Origin: a virus
Lineage: Duplodnaviria > Caudoviricetes
Direction: 5' to 3' (one strand)
DNA length: 47,951 nt
IMG/VR virus record: IMGVR_UViG_3300010362_000029
Coordinates: 1-47,951 of that record
Of this stretch, positions 1-8,818 are shown piece by piece (position 1 is the first letter of the stretch; every line of letters starts with the position of its first letter). The notes under the pieces were generated by a model that worked only from the letters and a program-made list of their open reading frames with translations, made no database searches and had not been told where the DNA came from. A program made the position numbers and the translations under genes.

Positions 1-135
1 CTCGATTTTCTGGATTACCTCGTGATCAGGAGACAGATCATGGGGAAATTCATCAGCTCGCGCAACAGGTGGAAGAAGGCATCTTCGCTCGTGCCCTCAA
101 CTACCACTGGCCGCCCGGATCGTGGGACCAACTGA
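1..135 (+). CDS. Tail assembly chaperone, C-terminal fragment (5' truncated by the window)
   Basis: Frame 1 reads LDFLDYLVIRRQIMGKF... to TGA at 133-135. It lies just upstream of the tape-measure genes and overlaps a -1 frame ORF. Confidence 0.55.
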   Translation, partial: LDFLDYLVIRRQIMGKFISSRNRWKKASSLVPSTTTGRPDRGTN

Positions 136-275
136 GCATCGCGCGCTTGGTCCGCATCTACGCGGTCGAGCGCAAGATGGCAGAGGAACGCGAGGCAGCG
201 CGCGAGCGGAGCCAGCCAACCGGGCCGCCGATGAGGGACACGGGACGCGACACGGCGGACGATGATGACGAGTAG
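42..275 (+). CDS. Tail assembly chaperone extension (P2 gpE'-like), probably made by -1 frameshift
   Basis: NYHWPPGSWDQLS resembles the FHWPPSEL motif of P2 gpE'. The frame is open from GGGGAAA at 42-48; the ORF track starts it at 69. Confidence 0.55.
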   Translation, partial: GEIHQLAQQVEEGIFARALNYHWPPGSWDQLSIARLVRIYAVERKMAEEREAARERSQPTGPPMRDTGRDTADDDDE

Positions 276-281
276 ACCGCC

Positions 282-2864
282 GTGGCCGAAACAGCCGCCG
301 AAACCACCCTAAGCGTAGAAGTCCAAGGCGCCGAAGCCGTCAACGCGCTGGCGGCGGCGCTCGCCAACCTCAATCAGCAGGCGGCGCAGGTTCAGCGGAC
401 GGTATCCGCCGCTGGTGCGCGCGCGGGTACGGCAGCCGGGACGCGTGAGGCGAACCGCATCAGGGATGCGGCGATCCAAGACTACGCGACGTTCGGCGAG
501 CGCCTCGCCAACCGGTTCGGCTACGCTATTCACAACACCCTGCGGACGGGGTTTGACGTCCTCCGCTCGACCGCCAGCGTCGCCGGCCGCTCGCTGTTGT
601 CGTTCTCGGGCACGTTGGGACAGGTCGCCGCCGGTGCCGGCGCGACGTCGACCGCCATCGTCGCCATGACGTTGGCCGTTACTGGGCTTGGCATTCCGCT
701 CCTCAACCTGATCGCCGGCTTCAAACTTTTGCGCTCGTCGTTCGGTTGGGCGCAGGAGGCGGCCGACGAGCAATTGCGCGTCGCCGCGCGCACGCAGCGC
801 TTCTATCCGCAGATGGTCGGCGCAGGCGTCGAGGCCGCCGAGAACGAAGTACGCGCGCGGATGGGCATGTCCGCGGCGCTGTTCGGCAACGCTGCTGAAT
901 CCATCCAAGAACAGGTCACGCGCAAGTTCACCGAGTTCCGCATGGGCCGCGGGCTGCGCGGCGAGCGCGACATCTTCGCGCGCTGGGGGATCACACCGGA
1001 GAGCGTGCAGACGGCCGAGCGGATGATGGGCCGGCGCTTCGACGTCTCGTCGTGGCTCGAAGCGTTCATCATGGAACGCGAGCGCCTTCAGCGAATGTTG
1101 CCGGGCGCGTCGCCGGAGGCCGCGGAGGGGATACGACGCCGACTGGCGATGCTGTCAGACGACACCGTGAAGATGTTCGGCGCGAAATTCAGCGACATGG
1201 TCAATACGCTGTCGACACAGGACGCACAGCGCTTGAAGACCAATATCGAAGCCGCCATTCCGCTCGGCAACGTTGTCGAAACATCCGAGCAAGCAAGGCG
1301 GCGCGCCGTCGATTTCAACATCGCACTCGAAAGCCTGAAAGGCACGTTCACCAACATCATTCGCGGCGTCGGCGCCGACGTGCAGCCGACCATCACCACG
1401 TTCCTCACCGAGCTCAATCGGCGGATGCTCGACGCGACGGAGGGCGGCGAGGGGCTCGGCCGCGCGTTCCGCGATCTGGCCTCGACCATGGCCAACCGGG
1501 CTTGGGAAGAACTGAAAAACCTCATGAACTACCTCAAACCGGAGAGGGTCAGAAACTGGATTGAAATCATCAGCAGTTGGAATCCGGCAGAGACGCTTGA
1601 GACCGTCAAGTCGGTGTTCAACACGCTCGCGTCGTTCGGCAGCGCGATCAAGGGAATGGTCGACAGCATCAACGCGCTGGAGCGCTTCCTGCCGGACTGG
1701 CTGAAAAGAAAACTCGGCTTCGCTTCCATGCAGCCGCAGCCGGCGGAGCGACCTGCCGACGCCGAGGGCCCAGCCGAAGGCGCGCCGGCAGCAGAACCGC
1801 AGGCGCCTGCGGCGCCAGCGATGCCGGAGGGCTTCGAGCGCGGGTTCATGCCGGGAAGGGCGACGCCGCCACCAGCCGTTGCTCGGGGCCAGCAGTACAA
1901 CGTTGCACCAGGAGTGCCAGGAGCAGCGGGAGAGCGCGGGGCATCGGGAGCGGCGGCGGCGCCGTTGCCGTTGCCGCCGCCAACGGTTAGTCCGGGCGCG
2001 CCAGCCGCAGGACCGCCCGCAGCGACAGAACCAACAGCGCCGGCCGTAACGCCGTCGCCGCCTGCAGCACCGGCGACGCCTGCTCCTGTCACGCCTGTCA
2101 CGCCGGCACCTTCATCGCCCGGAGGTGCAGCTCCCGGAGCGCCGGGATGGCGCGAGCGATTGCGCGAGTGGCTGCCGAATTTCGGAGCACCAGCACGGCC
2201 TCTGGTAACGCCGCCCGCGGCGCCGCCTGCACCCGTGACGCCGGCGCCCGGAGCGACCGGAGGTGCCAGCAATTGGTTCCAGCAAATGCAGCAGCCAGCA
2301 ATGGCGATGATGGCGCCGACGACGCGACCAGCGCCGCAACACAACGCCGCCGTCGAGGCGCTCAAGGCCAGCGCTGCTGGCAGCGCTCTCGGCACGATGA
2401 CCGACGTGCAATCTACGGCGAGCGGCGACACGCTGACGATGAAAACGTCATACACAGCGGGCGCGGACGAGGCGATGGCGCAGCCGGCGAGTTGGCGCGG
2501 CGCGCTCCCCGGCATGGGCATGCTAGAGTTCATGCAGCAGGACGCTGAGCAGGGTCACCCGACGCGCACCTACCTGCGCGAGATGCTCGGCATTCCCGAT
2601 CCCGGCGAGCCGGCGCCATGGCAACAGGATCGCGGCGCCGCGGCCGAGCTCACCGCACCGTTCGCCGACCGCTTCGGGACCTGGGGGACTGGCGGCAGCC
2701 TCACCGCCGAGGACGGATACCAGTTCGGCACGGCCGCGGCGGAAAGCATTCGCGACGGCCTTGAAGGCGTTCACATCCCAGGCGGCTATGCCGACACGTC
2801 TCGCGGCGTGGCGCCGCGCACGGCGCCAAAACCGACCGGCGGCGACACCGCGACGGAAGCGTGA
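282..2864 (+). CDS. Tape-measure-like protein 1 with Pro/Ala-rich C-terminal half
   Basis: Position after the tail chaperones, Ala-rich helical N-terminal half with a hydrophobic stretch, and clear paralogy to the next gene. Confidence 0.7.
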   Translation: MAETAAETTLSVEVQGAEAVNALAAALANLNQQAAQVQRTVSAAGARAGTAAGTREANRIRDAAIQDYATFGERLANRFGYAIHNTLRTGFDVLRSTASVAGRSLLSFSGTLGQVAAGAGATSTAIVAMTLAVTGLGIPLLNLIAGFKLLRSSFGWAQEAADEQLRVAARTQRFYPQMVGAGVEAAENEVRARMGMSAALFGNAAESIQEQVTRKFTEFRMGRGLRGERDIFARWGITPESVQTAERMMGRRFDVSSWLEAFIMERERLQRMLPGASPEAAEGIRRRLAMLSDDTVKMFGAKFSDMVNTLSTQDAQRLKTNIEAAIPLGNVVETSEQARRRAVDFNIALESLKGTFTNIIRGVGADVQPTITTFLTELNRRMLDATEGGEGLGRAFRDLASTMANRAWEELKNLMNYLKPERVRNWIEIISSWNPAETLETVKSVFNTLASFGSAIKGMVDSINALERFLPDWLKRKLGFASMQPQPAERPADAEGPAEGAPAAEPQAPAAPAMPEGFERGFMPGRATPPPAVARGQQYNVAPGVPGAAGERGASGAAAAPLPLPPPTVSPGAPAAGPPAATEPTAPAVTPSPPAAPATPAPVTPVTPAPSSPGGAAPGAPGWRERLREWLPNFGAPARPLVTPPAAPPAPVTPAPGATGGASNWFQQMQQPAMAMMAPTTRPAPQHNAAVEALKASAAGSALGTMTDVQSTASGDTLTMKTSYTAGADEAMAQPASWRGALPGMGMLEFMQQDAEQGHPTRTYLREMLGIPDPGEPAPWQQDRGAAAELTAPFADRFGTWGTGGSLTAEDGYQFGTAAAESIRDGLEGVHIPGGYADTSRGVAPRTAPKPTGGDTATEA

Positions 2865-2867
2865 CCG

Positions 2868-5800
2868 ATGGCTGATGCCACATCCACTCTGCGCATCAAC
2901 GTCGTCGTTCAGGGCGCCGACCAGGTGCGCGGGTTCGCTTCCGCGTTCGCTCAGATACGCACCGGCGCGACCACGCCGCTGCCCGTCGTCGCCGGCGTAC
3001 GGCGCGGCGGTGCCAATACCACTGCCGACCGCACGGCACAGAATGCCGCCAATCAGGTTGCACGCTTCATCACCGGCGCCATCGCGCAGCCGTTGGTCGC
3101 GCCGATCAATGTCGTGGGCGCGAGCGTGCGCATGGCCAGCGGTTCGCTCGTGTCGTTTCTTGGTCCGCTGGCTTCGGCGGCGACCGCCGTCGCCGGTGGC
3201 ACGACCTCGATTCTCGCGCTGGGCGTTGCGATTTATGCCGTCGGCATTCCGCTGTTCAACCTCGCGGCCACCTGGAAAATATTGCGCTGGTCATGGGGTC
3301 TCGCGGCTGACCGCGCCGAAGAGCAGTTCCGCACTATCGCGCGCACGCGCCGCACGTTCCCTGGGCTCGTCGGCGAGGCGTTCGAGCAGGCGCAGAATCA
3401 GATGGAGACCAAGCTCGACGTTACCGAGGCGCTGTTCGGTGACGCCGCGGCGTCGCTCGACGAACGCATCACTCGGTTGTTCACGGACGTGCGCCTGCAA
3501 CGCGGCATGCGCGGCGAGCGCGACATCTTCGCGCGCTGGGGGATCACGCCGCAAGCCGTGCAGCTGATGGAGCGCGAGCGCGGTGGCGAGCGGATGAACG
3601 TCACCGATTGGCTTGCGTTCTTCATCAAGCGGCGCGAGCAACTGGACGCGCGAATATTGGCTAGTCCGGTAGGTTCGGCCGAGCATCAATCGCTGGTGCG
3701 CCGCAGGGCGGTGCTGTTCGACGACAGCATCAAGCTGTTCGGCACGACCTTTACCGATCTCCTCGGCGTGTGGAACACGGAGGATTTGAAGCGGCTGACC
3801 GACAACATGGAGAAGTCCAATTCGCTGTCGGACGTCGAGAACGCCGCGCAGAAGTCGATCGATTTCAAGATCGCGCTGGAATCAACGCGCTACACGTTCG
3901 AGCGATTGCGCCTGGGTATCGGGCGCGACGTTCAGCCGGCGATCACCGGCATGATGACTGACTTGAATGATTGGCTGCTCCAGACCGACGACCAAGGTCA
4001 GAGCATGGGCATGATCCTGCGACAGCTCCTCACCGCGTTCGCGAAGAAAACGTGGGAGGCGATCGTCGTGCTGGTCGATCAGATCGACACTGAAACCGTG
4101 AAAGCCTGGGTCGAGTACATCAAAACGGGTTGGAACCCGCAGGAGTCCATTAGCCTGATCGAATGGGGCATCAGCGCAGTCGAAAAAGTAACGAATATGT
4201 TCGACGCACTGGCGCACACCTTCTTCCAAATGAAGAAGCTAGGCCCGTGGCAATTGGCTTTGCTCTTCGGGCTTCCGGGCGCCGGAGGGCCGATCTTGCG
4301 CGGCGCCGGCGTGCTCGAAGAATGGACGCCCGGCGCGGGGCGTCGCGCCGCCGCCAATGCCGCCGCGGAGGCACAAGGACGTCCGCCGCCATATCCCGAA
4401 GTCGGCCGACGGCGCAGCATGCTGGAGCGATATGGGCTCCCAGGCGTAGGCGAAACGTGGGGCGGTCGAACACCCGAAGGAAGATACGGCGCCGGGGGCG
4501 AGGTGCCACAAGGTGTTCTTTCGGGCGCTGCAGCGGCAGCATTGGCCGGCGGTCAGCCTGCCGTCGACCGGTTCATGCGTCAGAACGGTTATCCACGCAG
4601 CGGCGCATGGTGTGGTCAGTTCGCCGCGGCGGTGGTCACATCGCAGGGCCTGCGGCCGCCGCCCAATCCACAAGTCGCCGGCAATTGGAAAAATTGGGGC
4701 GCGGCCGTCACCGGCACGCCGCAGCCCGGTGACGTGCTCGTGCGTCGCGGCGTCTCGCCGCGCACCGGCGTTGAAGGCAGGCACGTCACGTTCGTCGAAT
4801 CGTATGATCCTGCTACCGGAAGGGTCGTCACGATCGGCGGCAACCAAGGTGGCCGCTCGTCTGGACATATCAGCCAGTATTACGTTCGTCGTGCGGCGCC
4901 CGTGGCTGGTGCTGCTACCGGAGCGGCCACGACGCCGACGGCGGTCGCACCAGGGGGTGCGTCCCGCTACGGCGGCGGTGGTGCCAACCAGATGATGGGT
5001 CGCCTCATGGGTGACCTGCAGCGCGATTTCAACCTGACGAGAGAACAGGCGGCGGGCGTCGTTGGCAATCTCGCGCATGAAACAGGTGGTTTCACGCTCA
5101 TGCAGGAAGCGCGACCAATCGGCGGCGGTCGCGGCGGCTACGGCCTCGCGCAATGGACCGGCGTGCGACGACAACGATTTGAATCATGGGCAGCGGCGCA
5201 AGGCCTCGATCCGAGTTCATATGAGGCAAACTATGGTTATCTCAAACACGAGCTATCGGACCCGACCACGCGAGAAGGTCGCGCCATCTCGCACGTGCAG
5301 CGAGAAAGCTCGGTGCTCGGCTCGATGTATGCATTCGAGCGCGAATTCGAGCGGGCGGGCATTAAGCACTATGGGCGCCGCCAAGCATGGGCGCGGCGGG
5401 CATTGTTGGCCGACGAAGGCATGGAAGAGGAAGCCGCAGTTCCGGTGCCAGCCGATGGCGGGCGCGTGAGAGAATTGCAGCAGCAGGTTGCCGGCACTCG
5501 CCGGCTCGCGCTCGCGTCCTCGACGCGCGGCTATCTCGAGGCCGCGGCCGCGGCAACAGGTGTCGAGGTTGAAGTGACGTCGGGCGGGCAGGCCCGCATC
5601 GGCACCGGCGGCCCGCGCACCGGCTCGACGCGTCATGATCTCGGCGGTGCTGCCGATATCCAATTGCGCGATCCGCAAACAGGGCGGTTGCTCGACATGA
5701 CGAAGTCAGCCGACGCCGCCAGAATGGCGCAGTTCACCGCCGCCGCCGTGCAGGCCGGTGCGACCGGCGTCGGTGCGGGCGTCGGCTACATGGGCGCGCA

Positions 5801-6242
5801 TCGATTGCACATCGGTGGAGGCCGGGCGACGACCTGGGGAGGCGCTCCATGGATTCGCGGCGCGTGGGCGGCTGGAATGACGCGCCAAGGCCGACCGCTC
5901 GCGGTCGCGGCTTCCGTGCAGCGCGCACGGCCTGAGGCGGAAGACGAAGCGCGGGAGCATGATGACGAGGCGGTACGAGCGAAGAACGAGGCCGCCGCGA
6001 AAGAAACCGCGACCGCAAGAGAACTTTTGCAGAGCAAGCAGGCCGAACGCAATCGCGAGGCGTTGACGCAACCGCCGCCGAAGAAATCCATCGACGAAGG
6101 CAAGCGTGCTGGCGAGGCCGCCGCCGATGCGTTCAAGGAGGGCGTCAAGGAAGTGTCGATCCCAGTGAAGTCGATCAAGGAAAGCGACCAGGACAAGGAG
6201 CGCGAGCGCACGCGCGACGAGGAGGAGAAGAAGGCCGCATGA
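2868..6242 (+). CDS. Tape-measure-like protein 2 carrying CHAP-like, phage tail lysozyme and peptidase M15-like domains
   Basis: Motifs AWCGQF...GDVLV...HVTFV...GGNQ; AGVVGNLAHETGG...GYGLAQWTG; and VTSGGQ...STRHDLGGAADI. Confidence 0.75.
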   Translation: MADATSTLRINVVVQGADQVRGFASAFAQIRTGATTPLPVVAGVRRGGANTTADRTAQNAANQVARFITGAIAQPLVAPINVVGASVRMASGSLVSFLGPLASAATAVAGGTTSILALGVAIYAVGIPLFNLAATWKILRWSWGLAADRAEEQFRTIARTRRTFPGLVGEAFEQAQNQMETKLDVTEALFGDAAASLDERITRLFTDVRLQRGMRGERDIFARWGITPQAVQLMERERGGERMNVTDWLAFFIKRREQLDARILASPVGSAEHQSLVRRRAVLFDDSIKLFGTTFTDLLGVWNTEDLKRLTDNMEKSNSLSDVENAAQKSIDFKIALESTRYTFERLRLGIGRDVQPAITGMMTDLNDWLLQTDDQGQSMGMILRQLLTAFAKKTWEAIVVLVDQIDTETVKAWVEYIKTGWNPQESISLIEWGISAVEKVTNMFDALAHTFFQMKKLGPWQLALLFGLPGAGGPILRGAGVLEEWTPGAGRRAAANAAAEAQGRPPPYPEVGRRRSMLERYGLPGVGETWGGRTPEGRYGAGGEVPQGVLSGAAAAALAGGQPAVDRFMRQNGYPRSGAWCGQFAAAVVTSQGLRPPPNPQVAGNWKNWGAAVTGTPQPGDVLVRRGVSPRTGVEGRHVTFVESYDPATGRVVTIGGNQGGRSSGHISQYYVRRAAPVAGAATGAATTPTAVAPGGASRYGGGGANQMMGRLMGDLQRDFNLTREQAAGVVGNLAHETGGFTLMQEARPIGGGRGGYGLAQWTGVRRQRFESWAAAQGLDPSSYEANYGYLKHELSDPTTREGRAISHVQRESSVLGSMYAFEREFERAGIKHYGRRQAWARRALLADEGMEEEAAVPVPADGGRVRELQQQVAGTRRLALASSTRGYLEAAAAATGVEVEVTSGGQARIGTGGPRTGSTRHDLGGAADIQLRDPQTGRLLDMTKSADAARMAQFTAAAVQAGATGVGAGVGYMGAHRLHIGGGRATTWGGAPWIRGAWAAGMTRQGRPLAVAASVQRARPEAEDEAREHDDEAVRAKNEAAAKETATARELLQSKQAERNREALTQPPPKKSIDEGKRAGEAAADAFKEGVKEVSIPVKSIKESDQDKERERTRDEEEKKAA

Positions 6243-7534
6243 CATACCTCGATCCCTACTACAACAAACGCGGCTCGGTCGGGCGCAATCACCAACCCGT
6301 CGACTGCTATGCTCCCGACTATCGGGTGGCGAGTTGGAAGGGCCTCGAATTCTTCTGCGACACGTCGGCGGATGAATTCGGTAGGCGGGGCGACCTGTAC
6401 GAGTATCCGCTATCCGACGACATCGGCTACGTCGACCTCGGTCGCAAGGCGCGCCGGTTCAAGGTTGAGGGCTACTTGATCGGCCGCGACCAGGACGACC
6501 AATCGGTCCGCATGGTGCTGCGGGCCGAAAACCCGCAACCAGGCATCCTGATACATCCGCTCTATGGCCGCCAGTCGGTGGCCTGCGTCTCGCTCACGAC
6601 CACGGCAGATTATCGGCGCGACAAGAAGCGGACCAAGCTCAGCTTCGAGTTCATCGAAGCCTACTCGTCGCAGTCCTACGCCCAAGCTGGCGGGACCGTC
6701 GGCCAAATATTCAGCAGCAGCAACAACGCGATCGACGCCTCGCGCGGCAGCGCACAATGGGACCCAGGCGCGCGCGACATCGAATTGCTCGGCGACGTCT
6801 CCACCGCGCTTGGTCAGCAGTTCAACCCTGATCCCAACGTCATGGTCAGCGAGCAGAATTTTGATGCGGTCGACACGCTCAAGCGGTGGCTGCCGTTCAC
6901 GCCCGGCGCGGCTCTCCCAACCCAGCCGTTCACCGCATTGGCCGCGCGCGACATGGTGGTAAGCGTGCCGACCAGCGCATTGCCGGCGTATGGCATCCCG
7001 AGCTTCACCGCGGCCGTCGCGCCGATCGACTTCGCATCGGCGATGCTCCGGCAAATCCACCTCGACGCGCTCGAACGCCTGCGCTCGTTCAACGCCTACG
7101 TGGTCGATCGCACCGAGGCGATGGCGCTCACGCCGTCGGCGCGGTCGCTGATCATCACCACGCGTCTGATCACGATCCGCGACTATGCCATCGCGGCGGC
7201 GCAGAAGCGCTATGACACGGTCAAGGCCGCGCTCGACGATCTCGACTTCATCATGCAGGTCTTTGACGATGAGGAGCGGCTCGCGACCGAGCAGTGCGAC
7301 GACGTGCTGGTCGCCGCCATTCGTCAGGCCCGCGCGACCGCGGCCTCGGTGATTCTCGCAATGAACATCCAGCGACCGGGCATCGTCGAGTTCCACGTCG
7401 ACGGCGAGTGGCCGTCGCTCGTCGTGGCCCACAAGATTTACAACGATGCGCGGCGCTACCAGCAGGTCGAGCAATACAATCCGACGATGCTCAATTTCTG
7501 GATGGGCCGCAGCGTCATCGCGCCAGCGAGGTGA
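6239..7534 (+). CDS. Mu gp43-like DNA circularization / tail tube initiator protein
   Basis: ASWKGLEF...GRRGDLYEYP...DLGRKARRFKVEGYL...PGILIHPLYG, plus C-terminal PSLVVAHKIYNDARR. Confidence 0.85.
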   Translation: MTYLDPYYNKRGSVGRNHQPVDCYAPDYRVASWKGLEFFCDTSADEFGRRGDLYEYPLSDDIGYVDLGRKARRFKVEGYLIGRDQDDQSVRMVLRAENPQPGILIHPLYGRQSVACVSLTTTADYRRDKKRTKLSFEFIEAYSSQSYAQAGGTVGQIFSSSNNAIDASRGSAQWDPGARDIELLGDVSTALGQQFNPDPNVMVSEQNFDAVDTLKRWLPFTPGAALPTQPFTALAARDMVVSVPTSALPAYGIPSFTAAVAPIDFASAMLRQIHLDALERLRSFNAYVVDRTEAMALTPSARSLIITTRLITIRDYAIAAAQKRYDTVKAALDDLDFIMQVFDDEERLATEQCDDVLVAAIRQARATAASVILAMNIQRPGIVEFHVDGEWPSLVVAHKIYNDARRYQQVEQYNPTMLNFWMGRSVIAPAR

Positions 7535-7537
7535 ACC

Positions 7538-8818
7538 ATGCCCCTTCCGTGGCACCCGAGCCCGATCAACGAAGAGCAGGCCAGCGTCGTCATCATCATC
7601 AGCGGCCAGCGGTTTAAGAATTTCCTGAGCCTCAACCTCAAGCGCTCGAAAGAGGAGGCCTGCGGGTCCGGCACTGTGGTGCTGTCGTGGCCGGGCACCG
7701 AGCAGTTCGAGGCCGCGGGACCGGTGGCATCGGCGTTCGGCGCCGGCACCGACGGCACGATCATGATCGACGGCCAGATCGCGGCCAGGGTCCGCTTCGA
7801 CACGCGCGTCTCGAAGGGCACGCCGAAGTCCTACGAGCTCACGCTGCAATTCCGCGGCATATGTTCGGCAGCGGTCGACGGCAGTCCGAATCACGAAACC
7901 GGACAGGAGAACCAGAAAACTCCGGCGCAAATCATTCGCGCGATAGCGCAGGGCTACGGAATTCAATTGGAGGACAGGTCGGGCGGCGGCAAGACCATCG
8001 AGCGTTTCATCATCGCCGAAGGCGAGACCGTCGAGCGCGCCGCCCGGCGGGCCGCACGCGAGATGGGCCTCACGCTGTACGAGGGACGGATGGGCCAGTG
8101 GATATTGGAAAGGCAATCCTCCGGCGGAAGCGGCGGCAGATTGCAGCTGGGCCGCCATTTCACGCACTGGAGCGTCAAGCAGGATATCGTCCCGCGCTTC
8201 ACCGAGATCGGCGTCGCCGGGAACGGCATTCCCAACGATGACAGATACGGCAAGCAGAATGAGAGCCTGTACGACAAAGGCATGCGCGAGCTCATGAACT
8301 TCGAGGGCTTGCGGCATCTGCGCGTGCTGATCGACGGCGATCATACGCAGGAGTCGCTCAAGCAGCGCGGAGAAACGGAAGGCAATCGCCGCCAGGGTCA
8401 GGGTCTCAACGTCACCCTGCGCGTCTCGACGCATTCCGACGAAAACGGAATGCTATGGGATCTTGGCCAGAAGTATCACGTCACGATCCCGATTGATGGA
8501 GTCGACGAGGAGCTTGAGCTTTCCGAGGTCGAGTTCGAGATCACGCCGACCTCGCGCACCGCGACGCTGGTGCTCATGGGCAAAGGCGCGTTCGGTGGCG
8601 CCAACGTTCCAGGGAACTATGCTGCTGGGCAACCGCAACCCGCAACGCGGATGAATGATGCGGTGAAGCAACCGCCACCGCCTGCGCAGACGCCGACAGA
8701 ACCCGAGACGCCGCCGCCGCCGGCGCCGCAGGAGGGATTGCCGGAACAAGCGCCTCAGCAGGAAGCGCCGCCGGGCGAGGGCGGATTCCGCGGCCGCGGG
8801 GCGACCGGGAGTTGGTGA
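7538..8818 (+). CDS. Baseplate hub protein (Mu gp44/gpP-like)
   Basis: Synteny between gp43-like and gp45-like genes; GETVERAARRAAR and NGMLWDLGQKYHVTIP motifs. Confidence 0.75.
   Translation: MPLPWHPSPINEEQASVVIIISGQRFKNFLSLNLKRSKEEACGSGTVVLSWPGTEQFEAAGPVASAFGAGTDGTIMIDGQIAARVRFDTRVSKGTPKSYELTLQFRGICSAAVDGSPNHETGQENQKTPAQIIRAIAQGYGIQLEDRSGGGKTIERFIIAEGETVERAARRAAREMGLTLYEGRMGQWILERQSSGGSGGRLQLGRHFTHWSVKQDIVPRFTEIGVAGNGIPNDDRYGKQNESLYDKGMRELMNFEGLRHLRVLIDGDHTQESLKQRGETEGNRRQGQGLNVTLRVSTHSDENGMLWDLGQKYHVTIPIDGVDEELELSEVEFEITPTSRTATLVLMGKGAFGGANVPGNYAAGQPQPATRMNDAVKQPPPPAQTPTEPETPPPPAPQEGLPEQAPQQEAPPGEGGFRGRGATGSW

Noticed and set aside
1730-2270. Pro/Ala-rich region of tape measure 1 as a fourth hexamer array
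   Set aside because: It has no sustained 6-nt phase and looks like an ordinary low-complexity linker. The same applies to 8630-8780.
6410-8434. Long antisense ORFs (also 20524-22392 and 33421-35193)
   Set aside because: These are shadow ORFs of GC-rich genes with no recognisable motifs.
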